A stretch of 34,669 nt of DNA from an uncultured Deinococcales bacterium (GCA_964247135.1 CAXTTL010000019.1:1-34669); one strand, 5' to 3'; positions 9,776 through 19,132 are shown, numbered from the stretch's first letter. Translations and numbers: made by a program. Notes: generated from the letters alone by a model not told the origin.

Positions 9776-9849
9776 GGGGTCAACTCCGAAACCAGTTTAC
9801 CGTTTTGGCTCATCCCAAAGCTGAAAATTGATCTTGAAGCTTTGCTGCA

Positions 9850-9885
9850 CAGATTAAGTCCAGATTAACGCCAAATCCTCAAAAT
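9850..9885 (+). promoter_or_regulatory. CAGATTAA direct repeats 11 bp apart plus -10-like CAAAAT upstream of the giant lipoprotein gene
   Basis: Perfect 8-mers at 9850 and 9861; CAAAAT at 9880-9885, 6 nt before ATG 9892. Confidence 0.6.
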
Positions 9886-9891
9886 AGACCC

Positions 9892-12800
9892 ATGACCGAT
9901 AAGGGGGTTTTTATGATGGGGAGGCTCGAGGTTTGGCTGGGACGGATTTTTCGGATTGGTGCACTGGTGTTGTTGCTGGCTTTGGCAGGTTGTGGGCAAT
10001 CCCCAGAACCACCGCCGCCCACACCAGAAGGACCGCTTGGACTGCAAACCATTGGCGTGAAAACCACATTGCCAGCAGGGGTCAACCTCGACCTGGCAAC
10101 CCTCGAGGTTCAAACGGGTTCGGGCAGCAGCAAACTGAGTTCCACGGGCGAGGCGCAAAGTCAGTCGCTCGAGGGCAGCGTGTCGTTGGCGTTCTTGCGC
10201 GGCGCAAACGGCAAAATGCTGCTGGCGGGATGGGTCAGTGCCAACCAAACCCAAATCAATGCCCGCAGCACCGCCGAAGTGCTGCTGTACTTTCAATTGG
10301 GTGCGTACTTCAGCACTTCCGACGTGCGTCAACAAATCATCAGCGCCCTCTCGGGCAGCACGGCTTTAACCCCCCTCGAGCAAGCAATTGCGACCAATTT
10401 GCAGAATCATCCCGACGGGCTGAATTTGACCGACCCCGCCATTTCCAGCGCCCTGCAACAAGTCCGAGGCGTGCTGAGCGCCGCCTCGAGCAAATTTGCG
10501 AATTTAATCAAACCTCGAGGTTTGACGGTTAAACCAGATGCGCCCAAAAGCGGTATTTTGGTTAAGAAAGCCGATGCGAACCAAATTATTTTGGAGAATG
10601 CGTATCGGCGCCGTGCAGTCGCGTTTATTGACAAGCTTTCGTATGTCCCAAGTGCTGGTGGCTCGAGCATCGATGCTTTTGAAGCCAATCCAACCCTCGA
10701 CCGCGACCTGCCCGTTCCCAACGGTGTGCAAGGCGTGTTTTCTGGCACAGCCGATGTGTTGTTGTACGCCTCGAGCTTCTTCTTTGCGAACATCAATGCC
10801 AGTTTCCCTTACCAGGCTGTGGCAACCGACAAAATCGCCTTGAAACTCAAACCAGACGATGCAAAATCCACCACTTACCGTGTCAAAGTGGTCGGTGCAG
10901 GTGCAACGACTGGCGATTTAAGCATATTAACCCTAGCCCAACTCGAGACGCGAAGCAAAATCATCAAGCAAACCTTTGTGCTGGATTTGATCCTGCCGCT
11001 CATCACCAATGTGGTCTTGTCGGCTGTGACCTTGCAAGACCCCAAAACGGGCAAAGACTTGATTGACAATGCTTTTGCAAATGCCCTTAAAAGCAGTCAA
11101 TCAACCCCACTTGGCGATGCCCTAACGGTTGTGACCAATGAATTGCTTGCGCCAAAAGTCAGCCAATTGCTCGAGAATGGTAACTGGTCGAGCGCTTTCT
11201 TTGAAGCGACAGCCATCCTTGGCAATTCGACCACAGCAAAAACAGCCATTTTCAATTTGGTGAAGGTCTTGTTGCAAAAAATCATCAAAGATGCTGCTTT
11301 TGCCACGGCGACCAAAGCCGTTTTTGTTGAAGCTTCGCTCAGTGAGGCGCTGTTTATTCTGGCAATCGCGGACATCAAACTCACTTCCGACGATATCGTT
11401 AAACACCAAATTGCCGACATTCTCAACTCGAGCAGCGTCGAAAGTTTTGAAGTGACCGTTGATGCCGCCAAGGTGCGTTTAACGCCAAGCAATCACCGTT
11501 TGGGCAAACGCAAAATGCAACTCTTCAGCGCCGAGGTCGAAGACACCGCCCAATTTCCTGGAATGCGTTATGAATGGACGCTGGTCGGTGGACATGGGCA
11601 GATCATCAGTTCGGACGGCACAACGGGCAGCACCGCCGTCACCGGTACCAAAGGCGTCTATTACGTGTCTCGAGACACCCTGGGCGAGGACACCCTGAAG
11701 GTCAAGGTGCTCGGCATTGATGGTGCGCCGCCCAGCCAAATTGGTGAAGCCAGCGCCAGCATCACCGTCGAAGATGCCAAACTCGAGGTCAATCCTGGGT
11801 CGGTTTCGGGCAGTGGCACGGCAGGTGAAACCGTGACGGTGGGCATCGGTTTGGAAGCCAGGGGCAGCAACAGTATTGAGTACAATGTCAGTGGCGGCAG
11901 TCCATATTCGGTGGTGCAAAATGGCAATGGTACGCTGCCCCCAAACAAAGGCATTCAAACTCGCTTTCAGGCAGTCTGTCCCGATGTGGCTGCTGGCGGG
12001 TCGGTCACTTTAAAAGGCACGGCGATTGTCGCGGGCACAACCAAAGTTGGCACGGATACCGTGACTTTGCAGCCCATCACCGTCAACATGGCGCTGACCT
12101 GTTACGGCAAAGACCCCGACAACAATCCAGCCCGCAAAAATGGCGGGGCTTGGGGCGATCCGCACATGGTCACCTTCGATGGCTTGCATTACGAATTCCA
12201 GGCGGTCGGCGATTACACCCTCGCCAAATCCACCCAAGACGATTTTGAAGTTCAGGTGCGTTACCGCAAACCCGTCGGCGGCGTTGGCTCGGTGTCTTAC
12301 GGCGCGGGCTTGGCGGCACGGGTCGGCTCGAGCGTCGTCGAGGTTTACACCACCAGCGGCACGCCCAAAGTTTACCTCGATCAAATCCTACTCGACACCA
12401 GCAAGCCTGTCCTGCGAGATTTACCGAACAACGGCGTGCTCAGCGTGAGCGGCTACAGGGTCGTGATTTCCTGGGGCGACTCGAGCGTGGCGACCATCAA
12501 CGCTGGGGCTGAATACTTTGGCGGCATCGACCTGAACGTGCCAGGGGTTCGCACCCGCAAGCTCGAGGGTTTGCTGGGCGACGGCAACAACAACAGTTTG
12601 GATGACCTCAAAATTCGTGGCGGTGCGGTGCTGGTCAACCCGCGCCCCGCCGATATCTACACCCAGTTTCGGCAAAGTTGGCGTGTGCCGTTCGGTTCAG
12701 CCTCGAGTTTGTTCTCACAAGCCCCAGATTTGTGGGACCCGTTTTACCCACCAAACGTGGTGACGCTGCAAGATTTGGACCCTGCGGCGGTGCTGGCAGC

Positions 12801-15399
12801 CCAAGTGATTTGTGCCGCTCGAGGCATTGTGGACAGCGAGGTTTTAAAGGCTTGCGTTTACGATGTCGCACTGACGGGCGACAGCAGTTTTGCGGATCGG
12901 GCATTTGATGCCGACCCCAACGTCTTGCGTGTGCGGGTCAACCCTAGCGTTGGTTTTGTGCCGACCAACCGCACGGATCGCAGCGTCAAACTGGGGGCGT
13001 TCGTGACGGGCACGGACAACCGCGCCGTGACCTGGAGCAGCACTGGTGGCAGCCTGCAAACCAACGGCAACCTCAGCACCTTCACCGCACCGACCACCGA
13101 GGGAACATACACCATCACCGCCACTTTGACCGAAAACCCAGCCATCAAAGGCACGGCAAGCGTGTTCGTTGCGCCGCCAAGCTATGTGTACTGGGACGGC
13201 GGCGGCGACAAACACAGCTTTGGTGACCCGCTCAACTGGCTCGAGGATAAACTGCCAAGCGCCGACTCTGAGGCGATCATCATTGCTCCAAACGGCACTG
13301 AACTCAGCATCAACCTGAACGGTCAGACGGTCAACACGATCTCGACCACGGGCGCGGTCACGTTTGCCTCGGGTAGCCTCACGGCAACCAGGGGTGGGCA
13401 GTTGAATGCACGATTCAAACTCGAGGGTGGCAACCTCAACTCGAGCGGCACGGTTGTCCTGAATGGACAGACAAGCTGGGCGATTGGTAGCTTGGGCGGG
13501 ACTGGCAAATTTGTCAACAACGGCGAACTGAGTTTGCTTGGCGCAAACGCCAAATACCTGGGTGTCAACCTCGAGAACACAGGCACAATCAAGATATCTG
13601 AGGGTCCTCTCGTCCCGAACGCGCTTGGCACAGTCTTGAAAAATTCTGGCAGGCTCGAGTTTTTGACCGACACCTCCATTTCCCAGTACCAGGGTTATCT
13701 GAACTTGCAAAATACTGGCACGATCACCAAAACGGGCGGCACGGGCATTGCCAATATTTCCAGCGATTTGCTCAACACCGGCACGCTCGAGTCTCGCAGC
13801 GGCACATTGCGCCTGGATCGTGGAACGCTCGACACTGGAACGTACACCGCCACCACAGGCGCGACCTTACAGTTGGGCGATGTGACCCTGAAAGGCACAC
13901 TCTCGGGCAGTCCAACCGGCGCGGTGGCGGTCATTGATGGAAATTTGCAAGTTCTTGACACCGCGCACCTCAATTTTGCTGGTACAGGCTTTGACTTCCG
14001 TGGCGGTGGTCTTGGCGGGGCGGGCAAACTCGTCAACGATGGCTTGATGTTGGCAAGTCGCATGTACCTTTCCGGCACACTCGAGAACACTGGAACGATG
14101 AACGTATCTGGTGACATCTACTCGAACGCACCTGGCAGCATCATTGCGATGCGAAACCTGGCTGGGGCAACCATCGAATTTGTCAACGATTTTGGCATCA
14201 GAACGTACCGAGGCAGCATCGCGCTCGAGAATCAAGGTCTGGTTGTGAAAACAGGAGGCATGGGTTACACCTATCTCGAATTTGACACCCTGACCAACAC
14301 GGGCACGCTCGAGTCTCGCAGTGGCACGTTACAAATTCTGGGCGGCACGGTGGTTGGTGGCACGTACAATGCCCTGGTTGGTACAACACTTGATTTCGCT
14401 GGAACGGTCACGCTGAGAGGCACACTCTCGGGCAATCCAGCAGGTGCAGTTGGGGTGATGAATGGAAATTTGCAGGTTGCCAACACCGAAACCGCGCACC
14501 TTCATTTTGGCGGTACGGGTTTTGACTTCCGCAATGGCGGTATTGGTGGAGGCGGTAAACTGGTGAATGACGCTTTAATGCTCTCAGGCATTGCCTACCT
14601 TTCGACCACACTCGAGAATGCGGGATCAATCAAGATTTTAGGCAGTCTGATCTCGAACGCCGCTGGTACGATTGTACGAAACCTGACTGGTGCAACGCTC
14701 GAGTTTGTCAGCGATGCTGGAATTGCAGGCTATCAAGGGCGCATCAACCTCGAGAACAACGGTTTGATCCTCAAGTCTGGCGGTACTGGATTCTCGAATT
14801 TGGAGCTTCAAACCCTGACCAACACGGGGACGCTCGAGTCTCGAAGCGGCACGTTGCGAATTCAGGATGGCACAGTCATTGGTGGCACGTACAACGCGCT
14901 ACCCGGGGCAACGCTAGATTTTTCTGGAACGGTCATTCTCAAAGGCACGCTCTCAGGCAATCCGGCAGGCACGGTCAAGCTCAATGCTGGTTCTAATTTG
15001 CAAGTTTTAACGGGGGAAGAGGCGCATTTAAACTTTTCTGGTACAGGCTTTAACTTCAATACTGGGGGCATTGCTGGCGCAGGCAAACTCGTCAACGATG
15101 GGTCAGCGTTGTTGACTGGTAGCCTCTACCTTTATGGCACACTCGAGAACACCAAAACCATCAAGATTTATGAAACCATCCAGTCGGGTGCGGTTGGCAG
15201 CAGCTTGCGAAACTTGGCGGGGGCGACGCTCGAGTTTGTCAACGATTCAGGAATTGCACAGTATCAAGGGCGCATCACCTTCACCAACGCTGGCACGCTG
15301 TTGAAGTCGGGCGGTGTGGGCAACAGCACCATCACCACGAATTTCACCAACACAGGCACGATCACCGAAGCGTCAGGGCATTTTGTGTTCACGCCTTAA
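9892..15399 (+). CDS. Giant surface lipoprotein / putative adhesin: lipobox, helical region, Ig-like domains, VWD domain, C-terminal beta-helix-like repeats
   Basis: LLLALAG|C lipobox (Cys codon at 9991); WGDPHMVTFDGLHYEFQAVGDYTL...FEVQVR...LEGLLGD is a VWD signature; VTWSSTGG...FTAPTTEGTYTITAT is Ig-like; YWDGGGD...DPLNW precedes Gly/Thr/Asn-rich repeats. Start may be ATG 9892 or 9913 (after SD AAGGGGG). Confidence 0.82.
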   Translation: MTDKGVFMMGRLEVWLGRIFRIGALVLLLALAGCGQSPEPPPPTPEGPLGLQTIGVKTTLPAGVNLDLATLEVQTGSGSSKLSSTGEAQSQSLEGSVSLAFLRGANGKMLLAGWVSANQTQINARSTAEVLLYFQLGAYFSTSDVRQQIISALSGSTALTPLEQAIATNLQNHPDGLNLTDPAISSALQQVRGVLSAASSKFANLIKPRGLTVKPDAPKSGILVKKADANQIILENAYRRRAVAFIDKLSYVPSAGGSSIDAFEANPTLDRDLPVPNGVQGVFSGTADVLLYASSFFFANINASFPYQAVATDKIALKLKPDDAKSTTYRVKVVGAGATTGDLSILTLAQLETRSKIIKQTFVLDLILPLITNVVLSAVTLQDPKTGKDLIDNAFANALKSSQSTPLGDALTVVTNELLAPKVSQLLENGNWSSAFFEATAILGNSTTAKTAIFNLVKVLLQKIIKDAAFATATKAVFVEASLSEALFILAIADIKLTSDDIVKHQIADILNSSSVESFEVTVDAAKVRLTPSNHRLGKRKMQLFSAEVEDTAQFPGMRYEWTLVGGHGQIISSDGTTGSTAVTGTKGVYYVSRDTLGEDTLKVKVLGIDGAPPSQIGEASASITVEDAKLEVNPGSVSGSGTAGETVTVGIGLEARGSNSIEYNVSGGSPYSVVQNGNGTLPPNKGIQTRFQAVCPDVAAGGSVTLKGTAIVAGTTKVGTDTVTLQPITVNMALTCYGKDPDNNPARKNGGAWGDPHMVTFDGLHYEFQAVGDYTLAKSTQDDFEVQVRYRKPVGGVGSVSYGAGLAARVGSSVVEVYTTSGTPKVYLDQILLDTSKPVLRDLPNNGVLSVSGYRVVISWGDSSVATINAGAEYFGGIDLNVPGVRTRKLEGLLGDGNNNSLDDLKIRGGAVLVNPRPADIYTQFRQSWRVPFGSASSLFSQAPDLWDPFYPPNVVTLQDLDPAAVLAAQVICAARGIVDSEVLKACVYDVALTGDSSFADRAFDADPNVLRVRVNPSVGFVPTNRTDRSVKLGAFVTGTDNRAVTWSSTGGSLQTNGNLSTFTAPTTEGTYTITATLTENPAIKGTASVFVAPPSYVYWDGGGDKHSFGDPLNWLEDKLPSADSEAIIIAPNGTELSINLNGQTVNTISTTGAVTFASGSLTATRGGQLNARFKLEGGNLNSSGTVVLNGQTSWAIGSLGGTGKFVNNGELSLLGANAKYLGVNLENTGTIKISEGPLVPNALGTVLKNSGRLEFLTDTSISQYQGYLNLQNTGTITKTGGTGIANISSDLLNTGTLESRSGTLRLDRGTLDTGTYTATTGATLQLGDVTLKGTLSGSPTGAVAVIDGNLQVLDTAHLNFAGTGFDFRGGGLGGAGKLVNDGLMLASRMYLSGTLENTGTMNVSGDIYSNAPGSIIAMRNLAGATIEFVNDFGIRTYRGSIALENQGLVVKTGGMGYTYLEFDTLTNTGTLESRSGTLQILGGTVVGGTYNALVGTTLDFAGTVTLRGTLSGNPAGAVGVMNGNLQVANTETAHLHFGGTGFDFRNGGIGGGGKLVNDALMLSGIAYLSTTLENAGSIKILGSLISNAAGTIVRNLTGATLEFVSDAGIAGYQGRINLENNGLILKSGGTGFSNLELQTLTNTGTLESRSGTLRIQDGTVIGGTYNALPGATLDFSGTVILKGTLSGNPAGTVKLNAGSNLQVLTGEEAHLNFSGTGFNFNTGGIAGAGKLVNDGSALLTGSLYLYGTLENTKTIKIYETIQSGAVGSSLRNLAGATLEFVNDSGIAQYQGRITFTNAGTLLKSGGVGNSTITTNFTNTGTITEASGHFVFTP
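13774..15348 (+). repeat. Three tandem intragenic repeats of ~525 bp (174-176 aa)
   Basis: Anchor NTGTLESRSGTL at nt 13774, 14296 and 14821, with NTGTI at 15349; spacings 522, 525 and 528 bp. Shared blocks GTLSGxPxG, AHLxFxGTGF, GKLVND, NLxGATxEFV. Confidence 0.9.
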
Positions 15400-15410
15400 A
15401 GTATGTGTTT

Positions 15411-15437
15411 TAGGGGCGAGGCACGCCTCGCCCCTAC
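15411..15437 (-). repeat. GTAG-type REP-like palindrome between convergent genes (possible bidirectional terminator)
   Basis: TAGGGGCGAGGC-AC-GCCTCGCCCCTA is a 12-bp perfect inverted repeat; the minus strand begins GTAG GGGCGAGGC. Confidence 0.65.
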
Positions 15438-15439
15438 AT

Positions 15440-18142
15440 TTAACCCGAAACCTGTTGCGTCTCGAGTCTGGCGTCAAAGCCAAACTCGAGGCGATACCGC
15501 TGCTGAAAGTCTTTGAGGCGTTTTTTGGCGCTGGGTTTGCGTCCAGAGTTCAGCAGAATCTCGAGCAGCAAATTCATGGCGCTCTCCATCAGCGGCTCGA
15601 GTTCGAGAAGGCGTTCGCAGTAAATCTCGCGCTGTTGTGGTGCTGCGTTTTGGGCGTGAAGCTCGAGACAATTCACGACCCGCATGTGCAAGTAATCACG
15701 GGTTTCGTTGATACGGTTGATGTCCATGCCTGGTGCGAACTTGCCGCGATACAAACGCAACACGTCTTCAACATGCTCAACCTCAAGCGCCCGCTCGAGT
15801 TCCCAAACGTCCACAGAAGCGTTGGTCAAACCCTCTTCGGTTAAAAACCTTGCCACACCCCAAGGCTCGAGGCTTTTCCTGAGCGCGTTGAACGTCACGT
15901 GCAAATTGTTGCGCACGCTGTTCGGCTCGAGGTCGGTCCAGAGTGCGTCGCTGATCTCGTCGCGGCTGGCACGGGTGACCAGCAGCGCCAAACTTTCTTT
16001 GGGGCGCAAGGTCAACGTGATTTCTTTGCCCAAATGTTTGACGCGGTAACGTCCCAGCAATTCAACCTCGAGTTTGGGAATTTCAGCCAAGCGCACTTTG
16101 ATCGCGTCTTTCCAGCCCGATTGCAAGACCATCTCGAGTGGGTATGGGTTGGAGAGTTCTGGACGGTTTTTGGGAAGCTCGAGAAGCGGTATAAGTGCTG
16201 GCAAAATACGCTCATGCGAGAGTGTTAAACCAATTAACGTCGCCAAGCTGGCAGCATCTTTGGTCATGCGGTAATGCACGGCGTACCAGTGTAAAGCAAC
16301 CTCGCGCTCATCAACGTTGTCGGGTTGCGGCGGCATGGTTTCCAGCGCCTCGGGTTGCTCGAGTTTGTGCAGTGCCAAAGCCCTCATCAGTTGGCACAGC
16401 ACCCGTTCGCCACTCAGTTGCGCCAGGGCTTCATTGGGTTTGCCCAAGTCGATCAGGGCTTGCGCCCAGTGAGCCAGCACAATGTCTTCGGTCGTGGGGT
16501 CTTCCCACAAGTGAATGCGTGCCAAAATGCTTGGAAGCGCCGCCCAATCGTGCTTTAAAATCGCGCCGAAGGCTCTGGCTTTCAAGGCAATCAGCGGTCT
16601 GACCGCGTCAAACTCGCAGGTTTTTTGGAAATGCTCGAGTGCCCTTTTTTTATCGTTGTGCAACATGGCGTTGTAGCCCAAATTCCAGTACATCGCGCCC
16701 GCCTGAAGTGCCGGAATGCCATCACCATTCGCGCCCAGCAATTCCTCGAGCGTGCGGCTCTGCCCCTCGAGATCACCCAAGCGATACCAGCGAAAGACCG
16801 CCAGATTCTGCAATAAATTCGAGCGCCGCGCTTTGGGTGCGTCCTTGGGAATGAGCGCCAAGGCTTGCTGCATTTTGGCTTCGGCAGCCAGAAAATCATT
16901 GCCGATAAAATCGATTCTGGCGCTGTAATTTAAAAACGCGGTGGCTTGGTCTGGACTCACCTGTTCGAGCAATGGTCTGGCGAGCAACTCGAGTTCTCTG
17001 GCACGTTCCAGGTCACTGTCGGAGTTGTGCCACAAGGCTTCGCGGTATGCCTTTAGGCGCTGACTTGGGCTGGCGTCGGGCAGGTCAACGATTGATAACA
17101 ACCGCGCAATCCCTTCGGCTTTGCGTCCGATCAAGCACAGCGAATCGCCAACGCAAATTGAACGCTCAATGCTGCTTGAGAATGCTTGCAGGCGTTCATC
17201 CCAACGCACGGCAGCGTTCGGGTCTTGACGCGCCAGTTCGTTTGGCTGCTCAAAAACCTCGAGCAACATGGCGTCCAACCCCAAAGTCTCAAAAGCCAGC
17301 CCTCGAGCCAAGATTGGCAAACGCTTGGCTTCACGGGTCAGCACCCGTTTGACGTCCAATTGATGAAACTCGAGCACGGTTTCTGCCGCCAAAGGATGCA
17401 ACCTAAAACCCGTCTCGAGCGCCTGGGCAAAACCCGATTCGGCGAGGGTTCTGGTGTGATCGTTCGCCGCCTCGAGCGGTAAAACATGCAAACTCGAGAG
17501 CAACAGCGCCTCCTCCCAGACTTCAGACGCCAGGCTTTCGCGCATTCCTTCGATCAACGCCTGACGCTCTGGCACTTCGCCCGTCAACGCCGCCAAATGA
17601 AGCGGCAACGACCAGCCCTGCGTGGTTTCCCAGGCGGCGTTGGCTCGAGGTTCGTCTTGAAACAAACTGTACGCCTCGGTTTTGGTAAACGCCAGTTGGT
17701 TGCTGGTCAAATGCACCAAACGACCCTCCGCCATCAAACGCAGGATTTCGGGTTCAGAGAGTTTGCCGCGACTCGAGAGTAACACCAAGCCCTGTGTGCC
17801 CTTTAAAAGCGGTGTCAGGCGCTCAGTGCCCTCCATGTCCTCCAAGATCACCAACGTCGGACTCGACCACAAATGCTCGAGCACCACACTCCAAGGGGCA
17901 TTGGCGGGCAGATCGAGCGCCCGAGCCAGCACGGGACGGGCATCTTCGCCCAACAGCGAAATCCAAACCACGCGCCAATCATCCGCCTCGAGTTTGCTCG
18001 CCCATTGGCTGGTCAACACGCTCTTGCCGTAACCATACGGCGCTTCCAGCCAGATCACATAGCCTGCCTCCTCGGGCAGCATTCGCATCAAGCGGGGACG
18101 CTCGAGGAAGAGGTTGCTGGCTTTGGGGCGTAAACCGATCAT
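15440..18142 (-). CDS. MalT-like STAND ATPase / TPR-like / BTAD transcriptional regulator (paralog B)
   Basis: Starts MIGLRPKA like paralog A; APYGYGKSVLTSQWA and LELEPLMESAMNLLLE are identical in both. ATG 18142 chosen by alignment to A (ORF track start 18157). Confidence 0.82.
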   Translation of the reverse strand: MIGLRPKASNLFLERPRLMRMLPEEAGYVIWLEAPYGYGKSVLTSQWASKLEADDWRVVWISLLGEDARPVLARALDLPANAPWSVVLEHLWSSPTLVILEDMEGTERLTPLLKGTQGLVLLSSRGKLSEPEILRLMAEGRLVHLTSNQLAFTKTEAYSLFQDEPRANAAWETTQGWSLPLHLAALTGEVPERQALIEGMRESLASEVWEEALLLSSLHVLPLEAANDHTRTLAESGFAQALETGFRLHPLAAETVLEFHQLDVKRVLTREAKRLPILARGLAFETLGLDAMLLEVFEQPNELARQDPNAAVRWDERLQAFSSSIERSICVGDSLCLIGRKAEGIARLLSIVDLPDASPSQRLKAYREALWHNSDSDLERARELELLARPLLEQVSPDQATAFLNYSARIDFIGNDFLAAEAKMQQALALIPKDAPKARRSNLLQNLAVFRWYRLGDLEGQSRTLEELLGANGDGIPALQAGAMYWNLGYNAMLHNDKKRALEHFQKTCEFDAVRPLIALKARAFGAILKHDWAALPSILARIHLWEDPTTEDIVLAHWAQALIDLGKPNEALAQLSGERVLCQLMRALALHKLEQPEALETMPPQPDNVDEREVALHWYAVHYRMTKDAASLATLIGLTLSHERILPALIPLLELPKNRPELSNPYPLEMVLQSGWKDAIKVRLAEIPKLEVELLGRYRVKHLGKEITLTLRPKESLALLVTRASRDEISDALWTDLEPNSVRNNLHVTFNALRKSLEPWGVARFLTEEGLTNASVDVWELERALEVEHVEDVLRLYRGKFAPGMDINRINETRDYLHMRVVNCLELHAQNAAPQQREIYCERLLELEPLMESAMNLLLEILLNSGRKPSAKKRLKDFQQRYRLEFGFDARLETQQVSG

Positions 18143-18156
18143 GAATAATTCTAGCA

Positions 18157-18189
18157 ACTAAGTTTGAATTAAGTGCCACTTCATAAGCT
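18157..18189 (+). promoter_or_regulatory. A(C/T)TAAGT direct repeats 11 bp apart plus -10-like TAAGCT upstream of the Big_2 lipoprotein gene
   Basis: ACTAAGT at 18157, ATTAAGT at 18168, TAAGCT at 18184-18189. Confidence 0.55.
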
Positions 18190-18220
18190 GAAAGCAGCCT
18201 TTGGGCGAAAGGGGCAGAAG

Positions 18221-19132
18221 ATGAAACCAGGTTTTTTAGGCATGGCATTGATTGCGTCGGCAATGGTCTTGAGCGGTTGCGGTAGTTCTGCACCAAGCGT
18301 TTCTCAAGTCAGTGTAACCGGCGCAGACATCAAAATTGGCGACCCCGCAACCACATTTCAAGCCGTGGCAAAAGACTCGAGCGGGACAATGCTGACAGGA
18401 AAAACATTTACTTGGAACTCGAGCAATCCCGACGTTGCCAGCGTGGATGCAAACGGTCTGGTCACAGCCAAACACGTCGGCACGACCAAAATCACCGCCA
18501 CCTCCGACGGCATCACAGGCGAAATCTCGAGCTTCAGGGTCTATGGGCTGGAAGTGATCGGCGGCGCGGCACGCTACTCGGATACGCCAAACGTCTACCT
18601 TGGACTGTATTACCGCCTGATGCTTCCAGGAACGGCGGCAACGCCAGCGGGAGCGATGAGCATTTCGGGTCCGAGCGGCTGGAATGCGAACGCCGCCCTG
18701 TCCGTGCCGTACAGCGCCAGCGCTCAAGCGGGCGCAAAAATCTCGCCAAATGCCCTGGTCGAAACTGGCGCGTACACTGCAACCACCACCGTCGCCGGAC
18801 AAACTTTCTCGAGTTCGTTCAACATCAACAAAACCAGCACCCTCGAGTTTCCAACCAATGTGAACCTGTCGGCGGTCAGTGCCTCGAGCTTGACCATTTC
18901 ATGGTCGGCGGTGACGGGCGCCGACCGTTACTTGGTTGGTCTGAATCCCAAAGCTTTGGGGGAATGGAAAGACGTTCCCAAAAATCAAGCCTTAAGTGCG
19001 ACCTTCAATGGCGCACCCGCACTGATGACTGGCACAATCTACCGCGCATTTGTGCAGGCTTCAAATTTAAACCCTGACCAACTTCCAAGCCAGTTCAACA
19101 GCGCCTTGCAATACGTTCCAGTCACGTTTTAA
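18221..19132 (+). CDS. Lipoprotein with bacterial Ig-like (Big_2) and fibronectin-III-like domains
   Basis: MKPGFLGMALIASAMVLSG|C lipobox; TWNSSNPDVASVDANGLVTAKHVGTTKITAT is Big_2; PTNVNLSAVSASSLTISWSAVTGADRYLV is FnIII-like. ATG 18221 follows SD AAAGGGG. Confidence 0.85.
   Translation: MKPGFLGMALIASAMVLSGCGSSAPSVSQVSVTGADIKIGDPATTFQAVAKDSSGTMLTGKTFTWNSSNPDVASVDANGLVTAKHVGTTKITATSDGITGEISSFRVYGLEVIGGAARYSDTPNVYLGLYYRLMLPGTAATPAGAMSISGPSGWNANAALSVPYSASAQAGAKISPNALVETGAYTATTTVAGQTFSSSFNINKTSTLEFPTNVNLSAVSASSLTISWSAVTGADRYLVGLNPKALGEWKDVPKNQALSATFNGAPALMTGTIYRAFVQASNLNPDQLPSQFNSALQYVPVTF

Noticed and set aside
13180-15399. Calling the giant protein a classical type V autotransporter
   Set aside because: Passenger-like repeats run to the stop codon; no ~280-aa C-terminal beta-barrel is visible, and the N-terminus is a lipobox.
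7061-18142. STAND proteins as Avs/NLR-like anti-phage defence
   Set aside because: They carry C-terminal wHTH-BTAD DNA-binding modules and no nuclease, TIR or SIR2 effector; the architecture fits transcription activators.
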